Origin: a virus
Lineage: Duplodnaviria; Caudoviricetes
Virus record (IMG/VR): IMGVR_UViG_2840851631_000003
Coordinates: 2,429-66,428 of that record
Reading direction: 5' to 3' (one strand)
DNA: 64,000 bases
Below are positions 46,894-55,815 of this stretch, piece after piece; positions within the stretch are counted from its first letter, which is position 1; each line of letters begins with the position of its first letter. Under the pieces are notes generated by a model. The model worked only from the letters and a program-made list of their open reading frames with translations, made no database searches and was not told the DNA's origin. Made by a program: the position numbers and the translations under genes.

Positions 46894-47543
46894 TTCAACA
46901 ACTCTCGAATCTTTATGCCTTCCAGTGTTTCATCAGCGTATTCGATAGCTAATTTTTCTTTGTAATCCGCTAGGTCTTTCCTTGCGTGCCTTTCAATCAA
47001 AGCCTTTACGGCCTCATAGTTCTGCCTCGCAGCCGCATGATGTAAAAGTGTCATGCCACCATCATCAGTTGAATCCAGATGGAGATCTGGCCTCCGCAAT
47101 GCGGCCAAGAAACCCGCCGTATCGTTCGCCTTGATACAACTAACGGCTAGAGTAAATGGTGTTTGTACCTGCGCGCCTGTCTTTGCCTCTTCCAGTTGGG
47201 CGAAGCCAAACATGATCAAGCTGCCCAGAAACGCAACCCCTGCGCCACCTAGTATCAAAGATTGGTTGTGCATTAAGCCGTAGTTGTTCACGGCATCGCC
47301 GCTGGGAGCATATACAAACGTCTGGTAAGACAAACCATACCCTGCCACGCACAGCGAGATCACCAACAAAACCAGCCCTACAACTCTCATACGCTTCGCT
47401 CCAGTAGTAGTACTTCCAAGCGCAATTATCTTTGCACGGAATAGCCGGACAAAACCCACCCCATCTTGTGACATTGGCATTTTACGCCCCATCCCCACAC
47501 GAAACGATTCGCCATCTGTTGCACTTTCACCCACAAATTTCAC
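46890..47543 (-). CDS. Membrane-anchored ankyrin-repeat protein
   Basis: Two TM segments, then DDGGMTLLHHAA...AVKALI; the start may be further downstream. Confidence 0.75.
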   Translation of the reverse strand: MKFVGESATDGESFRVGMGRKMPMSQDGVGFVRLFRAKIIALGSTTTGAKRMRVVGLVLLVISLCVAGYGLSYQTFVYAPSGDAVNNYGLMHNQSLILGGAGVAFLGSLIMFGFAQLEEAKTGAQVQTPFTLAVSCIKANDTAGFLAALRRPDLHLDSTDDGGMTLLHHAAARQNYEAVKALIERHARKDLADYKEKLAIEYADETLEGIKIRELLK

Positions 47544-47561
47544 ATCAAGCGAAATAAACCC

Positions 47562-47619
47562 TTGTGCAACATTTCGCTGAGAGTTAAAGTTTGTTCAACA
47601 CGCAGCGAAACTTTCGCAC
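47562..47619 (+). promoter_or_regulatory. pL promoter with operator (OL)
   Basis: TTGTGC-N17-TAAAGT; AGAGTTAAAGTTT (47580-47592) is the exact reverse complement of 40478-40490; TTTCGCAC at 47612. Confidence 0.7.
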
Positions 47620-47998
47620 CGATCTCTAACAACCAGCAGCGATACGGCACAGCCCAGGGCGCGCAGCACGGCACCCCCTGTCAGGTCTCAGACCTGAGGA
47701 AGCGATGGCCAAGTCATGCAGAAGCACCTGCATGCCGCGCAAGAGGTTCGCAAGGAGCGGACCAATGACAGCGCAAGCGCCCACCCCACCGTGGCGAGTA
47801 ACGGGGGAGTGAAGTAGAAGGCCGCTTCTCACGAGGCGGCACACTGGATCGGCGGCGTTGAAGGAAACGCGGGATAGCACCATAGACACTTTCCTGTAGC
47901 CGGTATCAAGCCCGGCCCGATCCAGTGTGAGCAGCAAACAGGCAATGCGGCGGGCCTGACCAAATCGCTGATTCGACTGGCCCGGTCGTTGAATGGGC

Positions 47999-48095
47999 AC
48001 CTACACGTATGGCGGTTTCGCTTGGTGGGAGTGCGCATAAGGATTGCGCGGATAGTCTCACAAGAAGCCAGGCTCAAGCCGCCAGCCGTGTAGGT
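47999..48095 (+). ncRNA. Candidate structured RNA in the pL leader
   Basis: ACCTACACG/CGTGTAGGT outer stem with nested TGGCGG/CCGCCA. Confidence 0.35.
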
Positions 48096-48314
48096 CAACG
48101 CCAGGAGAAGCATGGATATATTTTTGCTCTGGCTTTGGATTCTGATTGGTTGGCGCCCGCGAGAACGATTCTCCTCGCACGGCACGGAAGTCAGATCCAC
48201 TACGGCAGCAATATCGCCGCCGCCTCAGATGACCTGCGCGAAGGGCGTGCAGTAGCCATCGACAACCTGAGAAACGGGCCGCTTCGGCGGCCGAAACAAC
48301 TGAAAGGACATCGC

Positions 48315-48494
48315 ATGAGCGAGCAGGTATTCAAGAAGGGCCAGTCGGTCAGCTTCACCACCATCCATGGCCGTGAAGGCAAAGGCAAGATCGTCGACAT
48401 CACCAAGGGTGCCAAGGGCGACTTCATCAAGGTGCAGGAAGACGGCAGCGACAAGGTGACTTCCTGCCGCCCGAAGCAGCTGAAGGCCGCCTAA
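48315..48494 (+). CDS. 59-aa SH3/KOW-like basic protein, first pL gene
   Basis: AAGGA RBS; FKKGQSVSF..GKGKIVDI. Confidence 0.65.
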   Translation: MSEQVFKKGQSVSFTTIHGREGKGKIVDITKGAKGDFIKVQEDGSDKVTSCRPKQLKAA

Positions 48495-48515
48495 GCCGCC
48501 GCCGGCGAACGCCGG

Positions 48516-48610
48516 CTGCATTGCTGAACGCCTTGTGCGAGCAAGTGTAGCGCTGGCCGCGCTTACCGGGCGCCACCCGGGCAGGAGCCGCAAGACGTTC
48601 AGCAATGCAG
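48516..48610 (+). ncRNA. Candidate multibranch structured RNA
   Basis: Perfect 15-bp stem CTGCATTGCTGAACG/CGTTCAGCAATGCAG enclosing two small hairpins. Confidence 0.45.
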
Positions 48611-48919
48611 TGAGTAGACCCCTGTACTGCGCCGGGGCCGCGAAAGCGGGACAACTTCCGGTTGCGCACCCCAACCGATATGCGCAGATGGGTGGGCCAC
48701 AGATCACCGTTGGCCCCTGCAACAGCGCCGGCAGCCTTCGCGGGTAGTCTGATGCCGGTAGGACCGCTGATTTCAGCGGTGGGGCCGAGGGCCACGCCCT
48801 CCCCGGCTGGATGATGGATCATGCCAGTCGCCCCACCCCTGCGATTCGCTCGTAACAATAACAAACATTAAATTTCAACTGAAATTAAGTGCATTTAAAA
48901 GAGTATGACCTCCTCCCAA

Positions 48920-49774
48920 CTAACCGAGCGGTCTAAGTTGGAGATTTCCGGCTTCAAGATGGGCTAGCCGAAACTCGCTGGGAGTCCGGTCGCCCAGCGA
49001 ACTGTGCGGCCTGAATTCGTTGTAATCCTGCCGCCAACGCTCGACCTTTTCGCGTGCGTCGTCCAGCGATAGAAACCAATGCACATTCAGGCACTCATCG
49101 CGCAGACTGCCGTTAAATGACTCGATAAAGGCATTATCCGTGGGTTTTCCTGGTCGTGAGAAGTCCAGTGTGACGCCTTGCTCATAGGCCCACTGGTCCA
49201 GTGCCAGGGAAATAAACTCGCTGCCGTTGTCGACCTGAATCCGTTGCGGCGTCCCGCGCAAGGCTTGCACATGCTGCATCGTAGCAACCACGTCCGCGGC
49301 TTTCAGCGCGAAATCCACCGTGATCGCCAAGCTCTCCCGGCTAAAATTATCCACCACAGTTAAGGCCCGGATTTTCTGGCCGTTGAACAGCTGATCGGCG
49401 ACGAAATCCATGCTCCAGCACGCATTCAAATTGGAGACGGCCGGCCGAGCGTGGCGATGCGCCGCTGCCACTCGCCGTTTGGGCCGCTTGCGCCGCAGAT
49501 TCAAGCCTTCCTCGCAATAGATCCGGTAGGTCTTCTTGTGATTGATCCGCCAGCCTTCGCGCCGCAGTAGGACGTGGATGCGGCGCGCGCCATAACGAAT
49601 GCGGGTGGCGGCGATCTCGCGGATTCGCTGCCGCTCCGCACGATCGTCTCGAGGGTGAGGGCGGTAAAAATAGGTAGCTTGCCGCAGCTGAATGACCGCG
49701 GTGGCGCGACGGATGCTGACGCGGTACGCGTCGATCAGGAAGTTGGCCAACTCGCGTTTGCGGGCCGGCCTCAC
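48920..49774 (-). CDS. IS3 transposase OrfB (DDE integrase core)
   Basis: WSMDF, QVDNGSEF, GKPTDNAFIESFNGSLRDE. Confidence 0.95.
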   Translation of the reverse strand: MRPARKRELANFLIDAYRVSIRRATAVIQLRQATYFYRPHPRDDRAERQRIREIAATRIRYGARRIHVLLRREGWRINHKKTYRIYCEEGLNLRRKRPKRRVAAAHRHARPAVSNLNACWSMDFVADQLFNGQKIRALTVVDNFSRESLAITVDFALKAADVVATMQHVQALRGTPQRIQVDNGSEFISLALDQWAYEQGVTLDFSRPGKPTDNAFIESFNGSLRDECLNVHWFLSLDDAREKVERWRQDYNEFRPHSSLGDRTPSEFRLAHLEAGNLQLRPLG

Positions 49775-50037
49775 AGCTTTTTTTGGATGACTTCCTGCAG
49801 CATCTGCTTGTCCAGGCTCAGGTCGGCGACCATGCGCTTGAGACGGGCGTTCTCTTCTTCCAGTTGTTTCAGGCGGCGCAACTCGCTGACGCCCAGGCCG
49901 CCGTATTTCTTCTTCCAGTTGTAGAAGGTGGCTTCGGAGACGCCCATCTTGCGGCAGACCTCGGCGACGGTGGTGCCGGACTCCGCCTGGCGCAAGGCGA
50001 AGGCAATCTGTTCTTCGGTGAACTTCGATTTTTTCAT
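49771..50037 (-). CDS. IS3 transposase OrfA (HTH)
   Basis: MKKSKFTEEQI, ELRRLKQLEEENARLK. Confidence 0.95.
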   Translation of the reverse strand: MKKSKFTEEQIAFALRQAESGTTVAEVCRKMGVSEATFYNWKKKYGGLGVSELRRLKQLEEENARLKRMVADLSLDKQMLQEVIQKKL

Positions 50038-50248
50038 GACAAACCTCCTGCCCGGATGGGCTTAAATTTGCCAGAAATCTCTACTTTTCGTCGCTACGTT
50101 TTTGCGGGAGGAGGTCAAGTACATGCTTAATTTTCGCAGAGTCAAAATCATTCCAATCAACACCAAGCGTGTTGTCATTTATTTGAATAATAGAATCAAA
50201 TGCTAGGATAAAACTCCAACCTCTTACTTAGGAATTGGAGAAACTAAA

Positions 50249-51277
50249 ATGATGTCCTTATTCAATCCAGCCAAAACCGCCGGATCACTAGGAATGGCGT
50301 CAAGCAACACTATTACCGACACAACAATGTGGACAAAGTCTGCAAAAAACACAACAGCGACCACAGTAACAAACGCATCGAAAACTTCCACCACAAGTGT
50401 GAATGAAGCGGACTACATTTTAGCGTACGTGACTCCAGCCGATTACGGCCATGGCTCCGTTCCAAACAATTCAGTCCGCCCAATATCTCAAGCTCTTGAT
50501 TCATTACTAAGCAGTGGGTCAAATTTCTTTGTCGCCGGCCATATGCTCAACCATCATTTAGGTGGTAGCGGCAAAAAGCAAGACAACATCACAGCCTTCA
50601 CAAAAAGCGACAACTCAAAACACAACGACATGGAAGAGTTAGCAAAGAATGAGGTAAAGGCAAACGGAAACAATATTCTTTACGAGACAGCCGTCACGGA
50701 ACGTGCTGATATAAACATGTCCAATGGCGCAAGCATTAAAAATCTTGCAAGCCACCTTGAAGTCACATTCTGGATTGTTGATAACAACGGAGATCAAGTC
50801 AGCGGAACCTCAGCACAAACGGATGATTTCGACATAAACATAAAAGGAGCTGGAAAACCATGGGTCGCGCATAAGACTAATGGAACCGCAACACTTGCGA
50901 AATCGACTCCAACTGGCGCTCCAATTTTGAAAAACATATCCAAAAAAAGGCACTTCCCAGGATTCTACTCGGAACTAATACGCTCAATTTGTAATACACA
51001 TGGTTTAGATGAGGGGGAAGTTTCAAACGCCATGGATGATGCAGGCGTGACAACTCAATCGCAATCTGGCGGGGGTGAATCATGGACGAGCTACGCAAAT
51101 TATAAAATTGAAATGAATAAGCATAATCTTAGCGACCCCAAGTATGGGAAGCTTGTCACCACCGCATTTATTGCTCTTGAGAATACCGCCACTCACTATA
51201 ACGCCGGTACAGGCGGAATAAATGCATCAAACGTTGTTGACGACGCCAGACAGCTTATCAAAGCTTGGTTCAAATAA
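50249..51277 (+). CDS. His-Me DNA/RNA non-specific endonuclease-domain protein (moron)
   Basis: AGHMLNHHLGGSG...NI.AFT...N; AT-rich; terminator at ~51308-51332. Confidence 0.7.
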   Translation: MMSLFNPAKTAGSLGMASSNTITDTTMWTKSAKNTTATTVTNASKTSTTSVNEADYILAYVTPADYGHGSVPNNSVRPISQALDSLLSSGSNFFVAGHMLNHHLGGSGKKQDNITAFTKSDNSKHNDMEELAKNEVKANGNNILYETAVTERADINMSNGASIKNLASHLEVTFWIVDNNGDQVSGTSAQTDDFDINIKGAGKPWVAHKTNGTATLAKSTPTGAPILKNISKKRHFPGFYSELIRSICNTHGLDEGEVSNAMDDAGVTTQSQSGGGESWTSYANYKIEMNKHNLSDPKYGKLVTTAFIALENTATHYNAGTGGINASNVVDDARQLIKAWFK

Positions 51278-51343
51278 AACAATCGATCATTAACAGAAAT
51301 GATTCTGCCCGGCCTCGCGCCGGGTTTCTTTTTGGAGTTCGCC

Positions 51344-51523
51344 ATGCACACCTTCACCGTCGAATTCGTGCCGCGCGCCAAGACGAAGGGCCCCGCCCTC
51401 ATCATCGCGGGTGTGCAGGCATCCGACAAGAACGCCGCCATCATCCGCGCCGCCAGCCAGGAGCGAATCAACGCTGCCAACTATAAGCCGCGCGCTACCC
51501 TTCAGCGAAAGGAAGCAGCATGA
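51344..51523 (+). CDS. Hypothetical early protein
   Basis: GGAG RBS; ends in KEAA overlapping the next start. Confidence 0.6.
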   Translation: MHTFTVEFVPRAKTKGPALIIAGVQASDKNAAIIRAASQERINAANYKPRATLQRKEAA

Positions 51524-51987
51524 GCTGGATCAAATACAGCGAGCATCGCCCGGCCACCGCTGGCGAATACCTTTGGCGCATGCCTAGCAAGGTCTGCGAT
51601 GGGATGTTTGTGATTGCCAAACGTAAATTTCGGTGGCGTGGCGCTGGCTACGAGAATGTTCTCTCCCCTGACTTTGATGACTGGGACGGTTACAGGGTAT
51701 CGGTTCCGGCGGATGTGGAATGGATGGATGTTCCGCCCGAGCTTGCCGCGGCAAAAGAGGTCGTGATACCGGAAGGTGTTGCTCTCGTGCCCTGCCCGTT
51801 CTGCGGCAAGACGCCTCATTTCCATGCAATGAGATACAGCGGCGGCGGGTTCTCTATTCGCCCTTCGCCCGACATCCTGAATACGTGGTGGACGGAGTGC
51901 TGCGAATGGGCTGGCAAGGTCAGATATAACGACCCCAGAAAGCTTGCCGCAGCCCGTAGCGCGCTATTAGGAAAGGAACCAGCATGA
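51520..51987 (+). CDS. Lar-like (CPFCG) restriction-alleviation-family protein
   Basis: LVPCPFCGKTP...ECC. Confidence 0.55.
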   Translation: MSWIKYSEHRPATAGEYLWRMPSKVCDGMFVIAKRKFRWRGAGYENVLSPDFDDWDGYRVSVPADVEWMDVPPELAAAKEVVIPEGVALVPCPFCGKTPHFHAMRYSGGGFSIRPSPDILNTWWTECCEWAGKVRYNDPRKLAAARSALLGKEPA

Positions 51988-52232
51988 TCGCCAACGCCAT
52001 CCCTGCGCCAGCTGCCGCGCAGATCAACGTCAACTGCCGCAAGCTGCAGGCGGCCAACTCCGGCTGCTACGCCGTGCACGCGCTGTCCGGATTTCGCGTC
52101 CACTTCCAATATCCACGCGCCCGCCGCCGCATCGACAACCTAATCGTGCTGGCGCGCAGCAAAGGCGAGGCCCTGGACCGCGCCAACGTCATGCTGCCGG
52201 ATTACCTCCCCACCGGGATGTCGCGGCTATGA
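51984..52232 (+). CDS. Hypothetical early protein
   Basis: 82 aa, ATGA coupling. Confidence 0.6.
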   Translation: MIANAIPAPAAAQINVNCRKLQAANSGCYAVHALSGFRVHFQYPRARRRIDNLIVLARSKGEALDRANVMLPDYLPTGMSRL

Positions 52233-52327
52233 AGGCGCGGATCAAGCATGTCATTGGGGGCTTCGTTGCCACCATCCTCTTCTTCGCCGCAGTCACTTTG
52301 GCTCAGGCCGTGGAGCAACTGAAATGA
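52229..52327 (+). CDS. 32-aa single-TM peptide
   Basis: Hand translation MKARIKHVIGGFVATILFFAAVTLAQAVEQLK, coupled on both sides. Confidence 0.5.
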   Translation: MKARIKHVIGGFVATILFFAAVTLAQAVEQLK

Positions 52328-52596
52328 ATGCTCGTCTTTTCTGCCCTGTTCAGAGCGCTATTGCACACCACATTCACGGCGAAACGCTCGCCGCCGCTGC
52401 TCTGCAACTCGACCTGCCGCCGGCGAAGAGCGAATGGTCCGAAGCAGATAGTTGCGAGGCCACCATGGCGATGGCCGCCCAAGTGCTGTCGCTTGTCAAC
52501 GCCATGCCGGATGGGCCGGCGCGGCGCCAAACGGTTCGATTGCTGGAGTCGGCTCGTCAGAGCTACGCCCAAGCGGCGACAAGGGAGGCCGCGTGA
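52324..52596 (+). CDS. Hypothetical early protein
   Basis: 90 aa ending in REAA, overlapping the next GTG. Confidence 0.6.
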   Translation: MNARLFCPVQSAIAHHIHGETLAAAALQLDLPPAKSEWSEADSCEATMAMAAQVLSLVNAMPDGPARRQTVRLLESARQSYAQAATREAA

Positions 52597-52820
52597 TCCG
52601 CACCATCCCTCTTGATCGGATGCACAACGCCTTGAAGTCACGCCTGATCCAGCAAGGCGGATCGTTGAAAGACACCCCGCCACACGCCAGGCGCGCCGCC
52701 AAAAAGCAACGTGAACGCCACGTAATCGAAGACATCCTCTTCCAGCTCAATACACCGGCCGGCTCAAGGGGAACGAACAGGAGCAACAAGGATGATCGCA
52801 AACCTTTCGGGCGCGTCTGA
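52593..52820 (+). CDS. Hypothetical basic protein
   Basis: GTG start VIRTIPLDR with a GGAGG RBS. Confidence 0.5.
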   Translation: MIRTIPLDRMHNALKSRLIQQGGSLKDTPPHARRAAKKQRERHVIEDILFQLNTPAGSRGTNRSNKDDRKPFGRV

Positions 52821-53202
52821 ACTGATCAGCGCCGCCAACCTGCTGGCCGACTTTGTAGCCAAGGTGAACAGCTACTTCGATCAGATCAAGCCGCGGCCAG
52901 CCTTCGCCATCAAGGTGAAGGGGCAAGCGCTGATTGGCGAGGTCGCCATTCCATGGGAGGCACATCCGGGCTTCGCGTTTACCATCCGGGAGCTATCTGG
53001 CGCTGAAGCCGATGCCCTGGGCAGCCGGCTGCGTCGATCACTCGAAGCCTCCATCGACCGTCTCGGAACAAGCCAACCGCTGGCGCCGAATGTCGTGCCG
53101 ATTGACGCGGCTCGCAAGGCAGAAGCCGAGCAGAAGCCCATTCCATCCAGCAGCAACGATGATCGCGAAGGCTTCTTTGGCACTCGCAGCGTATGGGGAT
53201 GA
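52792..53202 (+). CDS. Hypothetical early protein
   Basis: 136 aa with a GGAG RBS. Confidence 0.6.
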   Translation: MIANLSGASELISAANLLADFVAKVNSYFDQIKPRPAFAIKVKGQALIGEVAIPWEAHPGFAFTIRELSGAEADALGSRLRRSLEASIDRLGTSQPLAPNVVPIDAARKAEAEQKPIPSSSNDDREGFFGTRSVWG

Positions 53203-53204
53203 CC

Positions 53205-53375
53205 ATGAAACGAAACGAATGGAAGCGCGCCTGGCGCTTCGTCCGCGCCATGTGGCCGCAGATCAACCAGGGCGATGGCTGGAAACACCTCACCGCCCAG
53301 CAGCACCAAGCAGCTCAATCACTCGACCAACGCAACACCACAGCGCCAGCCCACAAGCTGGCGCTTCCGTTTTAA
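53205..53375 (+). CDS. Hypothetical early protein
   Basis: MKRNEWKRAWRF...; operon context. Confidence 0.5.
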   Translation: MKRNEWKRAWRFVRAMWPQINQGDGWKHLTAQQHQAAQSLDQRNTTAPAHKLALPF

Positions 53376-53390
53376 GAACCGGAGAAAAAC

Positions 53391-54263
53391 ATGCAATTCC
53401 ATAAGGCGCAGCGCAAAAAGGCCAAGCTACGGCTGGCACTGACTGGCCCCAGCGGAGCAGGCAAAACCTACGGCGCACTCGTGGTTGCCAAGGGCCTGGG
53501 CGGCAAGATCGCCGTCATCGACACCGAGCGCGGCAGCGCCTCGCTGTATTCCGACATCGCCGACTTCGATGTCTTGGAGCTGGATCCCCCCTATACACCG
53601 GAACGCTTCATCGAGGCGATGAAAGCGGCTGAAGCCGCCGGCTATAGCACGGTAATCATCGACAGCATCACGCACGAGTGGAGTGGCGTAGGCGGCTGCC
53701 TGGAGATAAACGACGCGCTGGCCAAGGCCAAGTTCAAGGGGAACACCTGGTCGGCCTGGAACGAAACCACCCCGCGCCATCGCGCCTTCATCGACGCCAT
53801 CCTGCGCTCGCCCATGCACGTCATCGCCACGATGCGGAGCAAGACCGAGACGACCCAGGTTGAAGAAAACGGTAAGAAGAAGGTCGCAAAGCTGGGCATG
53901 AAGTCTGAGCAGCGCGATGGGCTGGAGTACGAATTCACCGTGGTTCTGGACATCTCGCATGAAGGCAACCTGGCGATGGCCAGCAAAGACCGGACTCGCC
54001 TGTTCGTCGACCCGGTGCGCTTGAGCAATGAAACTGGCCAGCTGCTGCTGGAGTGGCTGGAAAGTGGTAAAGACCCGGCGCAAATGATGGCCGAAGAAGT
54101 CGACATGGCCATCGATGCGATGCGCGGCTGCGACAACCTGGGCTCTCTGCAGGGCATCTTCGCCGGCGCCTGGAAGCGCTGCGACGAAGTAAACAAGGCC
54201 CGGCTGAAAGCCGAATACGACCAACTGAAGTCGGCACTGGAAACCAAGGAGCAAGCCGCATGA
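53391..54263 (+). CDS. Sak4-like AAA ATPase recombinase
   Basis: GPSGAGKT, IDTERGS, IIDSITHEW. Confidence 0.88.
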   Translation: MQFHKAQRKKAKLRLALTGPSGAGKTYGALVVAKGLGGKIAVIDTERGSASLYSDIADFDVLELDPPYTPERFIEAMKAAEAAGYSTVIIDSITHEWSGVGGCLEINDALAKAKFKGNTWSAWNETTPRHRAFIDAILRSPMHVIATMRSKTETTQVEENGKKKVAKLGMKSEQRDGLEYEFTVVLDISHEGNLAMASKDRTRLFVDPVRLSNETGQLLLEWLESGKDPAQMMAEEVDMAIDAMRGCDNLGSLQGIFAGAWKRCDEVNKARLKAEYDQLKSALETKEQAA

Positions 54264-54937
54264 CCGCCATTATCTTTGACTGCGAACATACCGGTCTGAA
54301 TGGCCCCGAACTAATCGAGGCCGCCTGGGTGCAGTTGAGCGGCTTCTCCCTGGCCATGGGCGAGCAGTTCTGCCGGCGCTACCGTCCGAGCAAGCCCATT
54401 CAACTGGGCGCCATGGCAGTTCACCACATCCACGACGACGACCTTATGGACTGCGCGCCGCACACCGATTTCCAGTTGCCGCCCGGCACCGCCTACATGA
54501 TCGGCCACTTCATCGAAAGTGACTGGAAGGTAATCGGGCGGCCGGCAGTCAAGCTGATAGACACCTGCGCGCTGGCGAAGAAGGTATGGCCCGGCCTGGA
54601 CAGCTACAGCCAAAGCGCCCTGCTGTACCACCTGAAGGGCCGCGAAGCCAGGGAGTATCTGCGCGATGCACATAATGCGCTGGCGGACGTGCTGATATGC
54701 CATCGCATCCTGCGCGCCATCCTGCTCAGGCTGCATGAGCAAGGCTTTGTCGTGGACAGCTGGGAGCGACTGCACGAGCTGTCCGAAGAGGCCCTGGTAC
54801 CGACTGTAATGCCGTTCGGCAAGCACAAAGATACGCCACTGGTCGCCCTGCCACGGGATTACGTGTCATGGGCAATCAAGAACCTGGATCATTCGCAAAA
54901 CCCGCGCCTGGAAAAGGCGCTCAGGAGCCTTCAATGA
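54260..54937 (+). CDS. DEDDh 3-5 exonuclease (ExoX-like)
   Basis: FDCEHTG, HNALADV, C-terminal MPFGKHK. Confidence 0.88.
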   Translation: MTAIIFDCEHTGLNGPELIEAAWVQLSGFSLAMGEQFCRRYRPSKPIQLGAMAVHHIHDDDLMDCAPHTDFQLPPGTAYMIGHFIESDWKVIGRPAVKLIDTCALAKKVWPGLDSYSQSALLYHLKGREAREYLRDAHNALADVLICHRILRAILLRLHEQGFVVDSWERLHELSEEALVPTVMPFGKHKDTPLVALPRDYVSWAIKNLDHSQNPRLEKALRSLQ

Positions 54938-55353
54938 ACAGCATCACCTTTGACGGCCGCCTGGCTGCCGACGCTGAGCTTCGCTACACGCCGGCCGGCG
55001 AGCCCGTCCTGTCGTTCCGCGTGGCCAGCGACATCGGCTACGGCGAGCGCAAGTCCACCAACTGGTTCAGCTGCCAGATATGGGGCAAGCGCGGCGAGTC
55101 GCTGAAGAACTACCTGGCCAAGGGCCAGCAGGTGACCGTGTACGGCCAGCTGCTGCTGCGCGAATGGCAGGACAAGGACGGCAACAAGCGGCTGTCCCCG
55201 GACGTGCGCGTGAGCGAAATCAGCCTGCAGGGCGGCCGGCAGGAAGGCGGCGAGTCGCACGCACCGCGCCAGGAGCCGCCGGCCGCGCCACGCCGCCAGG
55301 AGCCGAAAGCGGCCCCGCGCATGGACGACATGGATGACGATATACCGTTCTGA
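54934..55353 (+). CDS. ssb: Single-stranded DNA-binding protein
   Basis: GRLAADAELRYT, acidic DDDIPF tail. Confidence 0.95.
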   Translation: MNSITFDGRLAADAELRYTPAGEPVLSFRVASDIGYGERKSTNWFSCQIWGKRGESLKNYLAKGQQVTVYGQLLLREWQDKDGNKRLSPDVRVSEISLQGGRQEGGESHAPRQEPPAAPRRQEPKAAPRMDDMDDDIPF

Positions 55354-55467
55354 CCGGAACCACCGATACGCAATGCCAGTAACAGCACACCGCCGGCGCA
55401 TGTGGATACGCGCCGCAATGATCAAACAAGCCCGCCTCGCGCGGGCTTCATCAATTCAGGAGTCACC

Positions 55468-55815
55468 ATGCAAAACGTCCGCGAGATCCGCCGCAAAACC
55501 GGCCTCAACCAGCAGCAATTCTGGAGCGCCCTTGGTGTCACCCAATCCGGCGGCAGCCGGTACGAAAACGAGCGCAACATCCCCAAGCCGGTCCAGACCC
55601 TGATGAACGTGGTCCACGTCCACGGCATCGACCTGTCCAAGATCACCGCCGAGAACGCCCAGGCCATCCGCGCGCTGCTGGCCGGGGAGCTGGATGTTTC
55701 CGCCCTGCTCAAGACCGCCGAGCAAATGCGCAAACTCTCGGCCGCCGCGGCCGGCATTGCAGCCGAAGCCGCGAACACTTCTCTGCTGGTTAATGGGCTG
55801 AAGGAGGCCGCATGA
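55468..55815 (+). CDS. RsaL-like HTH regulator
   Basis: NQQQFWSALGVTQSGGSRYENERNIP resembles the RsaL SQETFWSRFGISQSCGSRFENG..LP signature as recalled. Confidence 0.7.
   Translation: MQNVREIRRKTGLNQQQFWSALGVTQSGGSRYENERNIPKPVQTLMNVVHVHGIDLSKITAENAQAIRALLAGELDVSALLKTAEQMRKLSAAAAGIAAEAANTSLLVNGLKEAA

Larger units (their letters stand above)
48906..50117 (-). mobile_element. IS3-family (IS407-group-like) insertion sequence, intact
   Basis: TGACCTCCTCCC terminal inverted repeats, AGTA 4-bp target duplication on both flanks, orfA/orfB. Confidence 0.95.
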
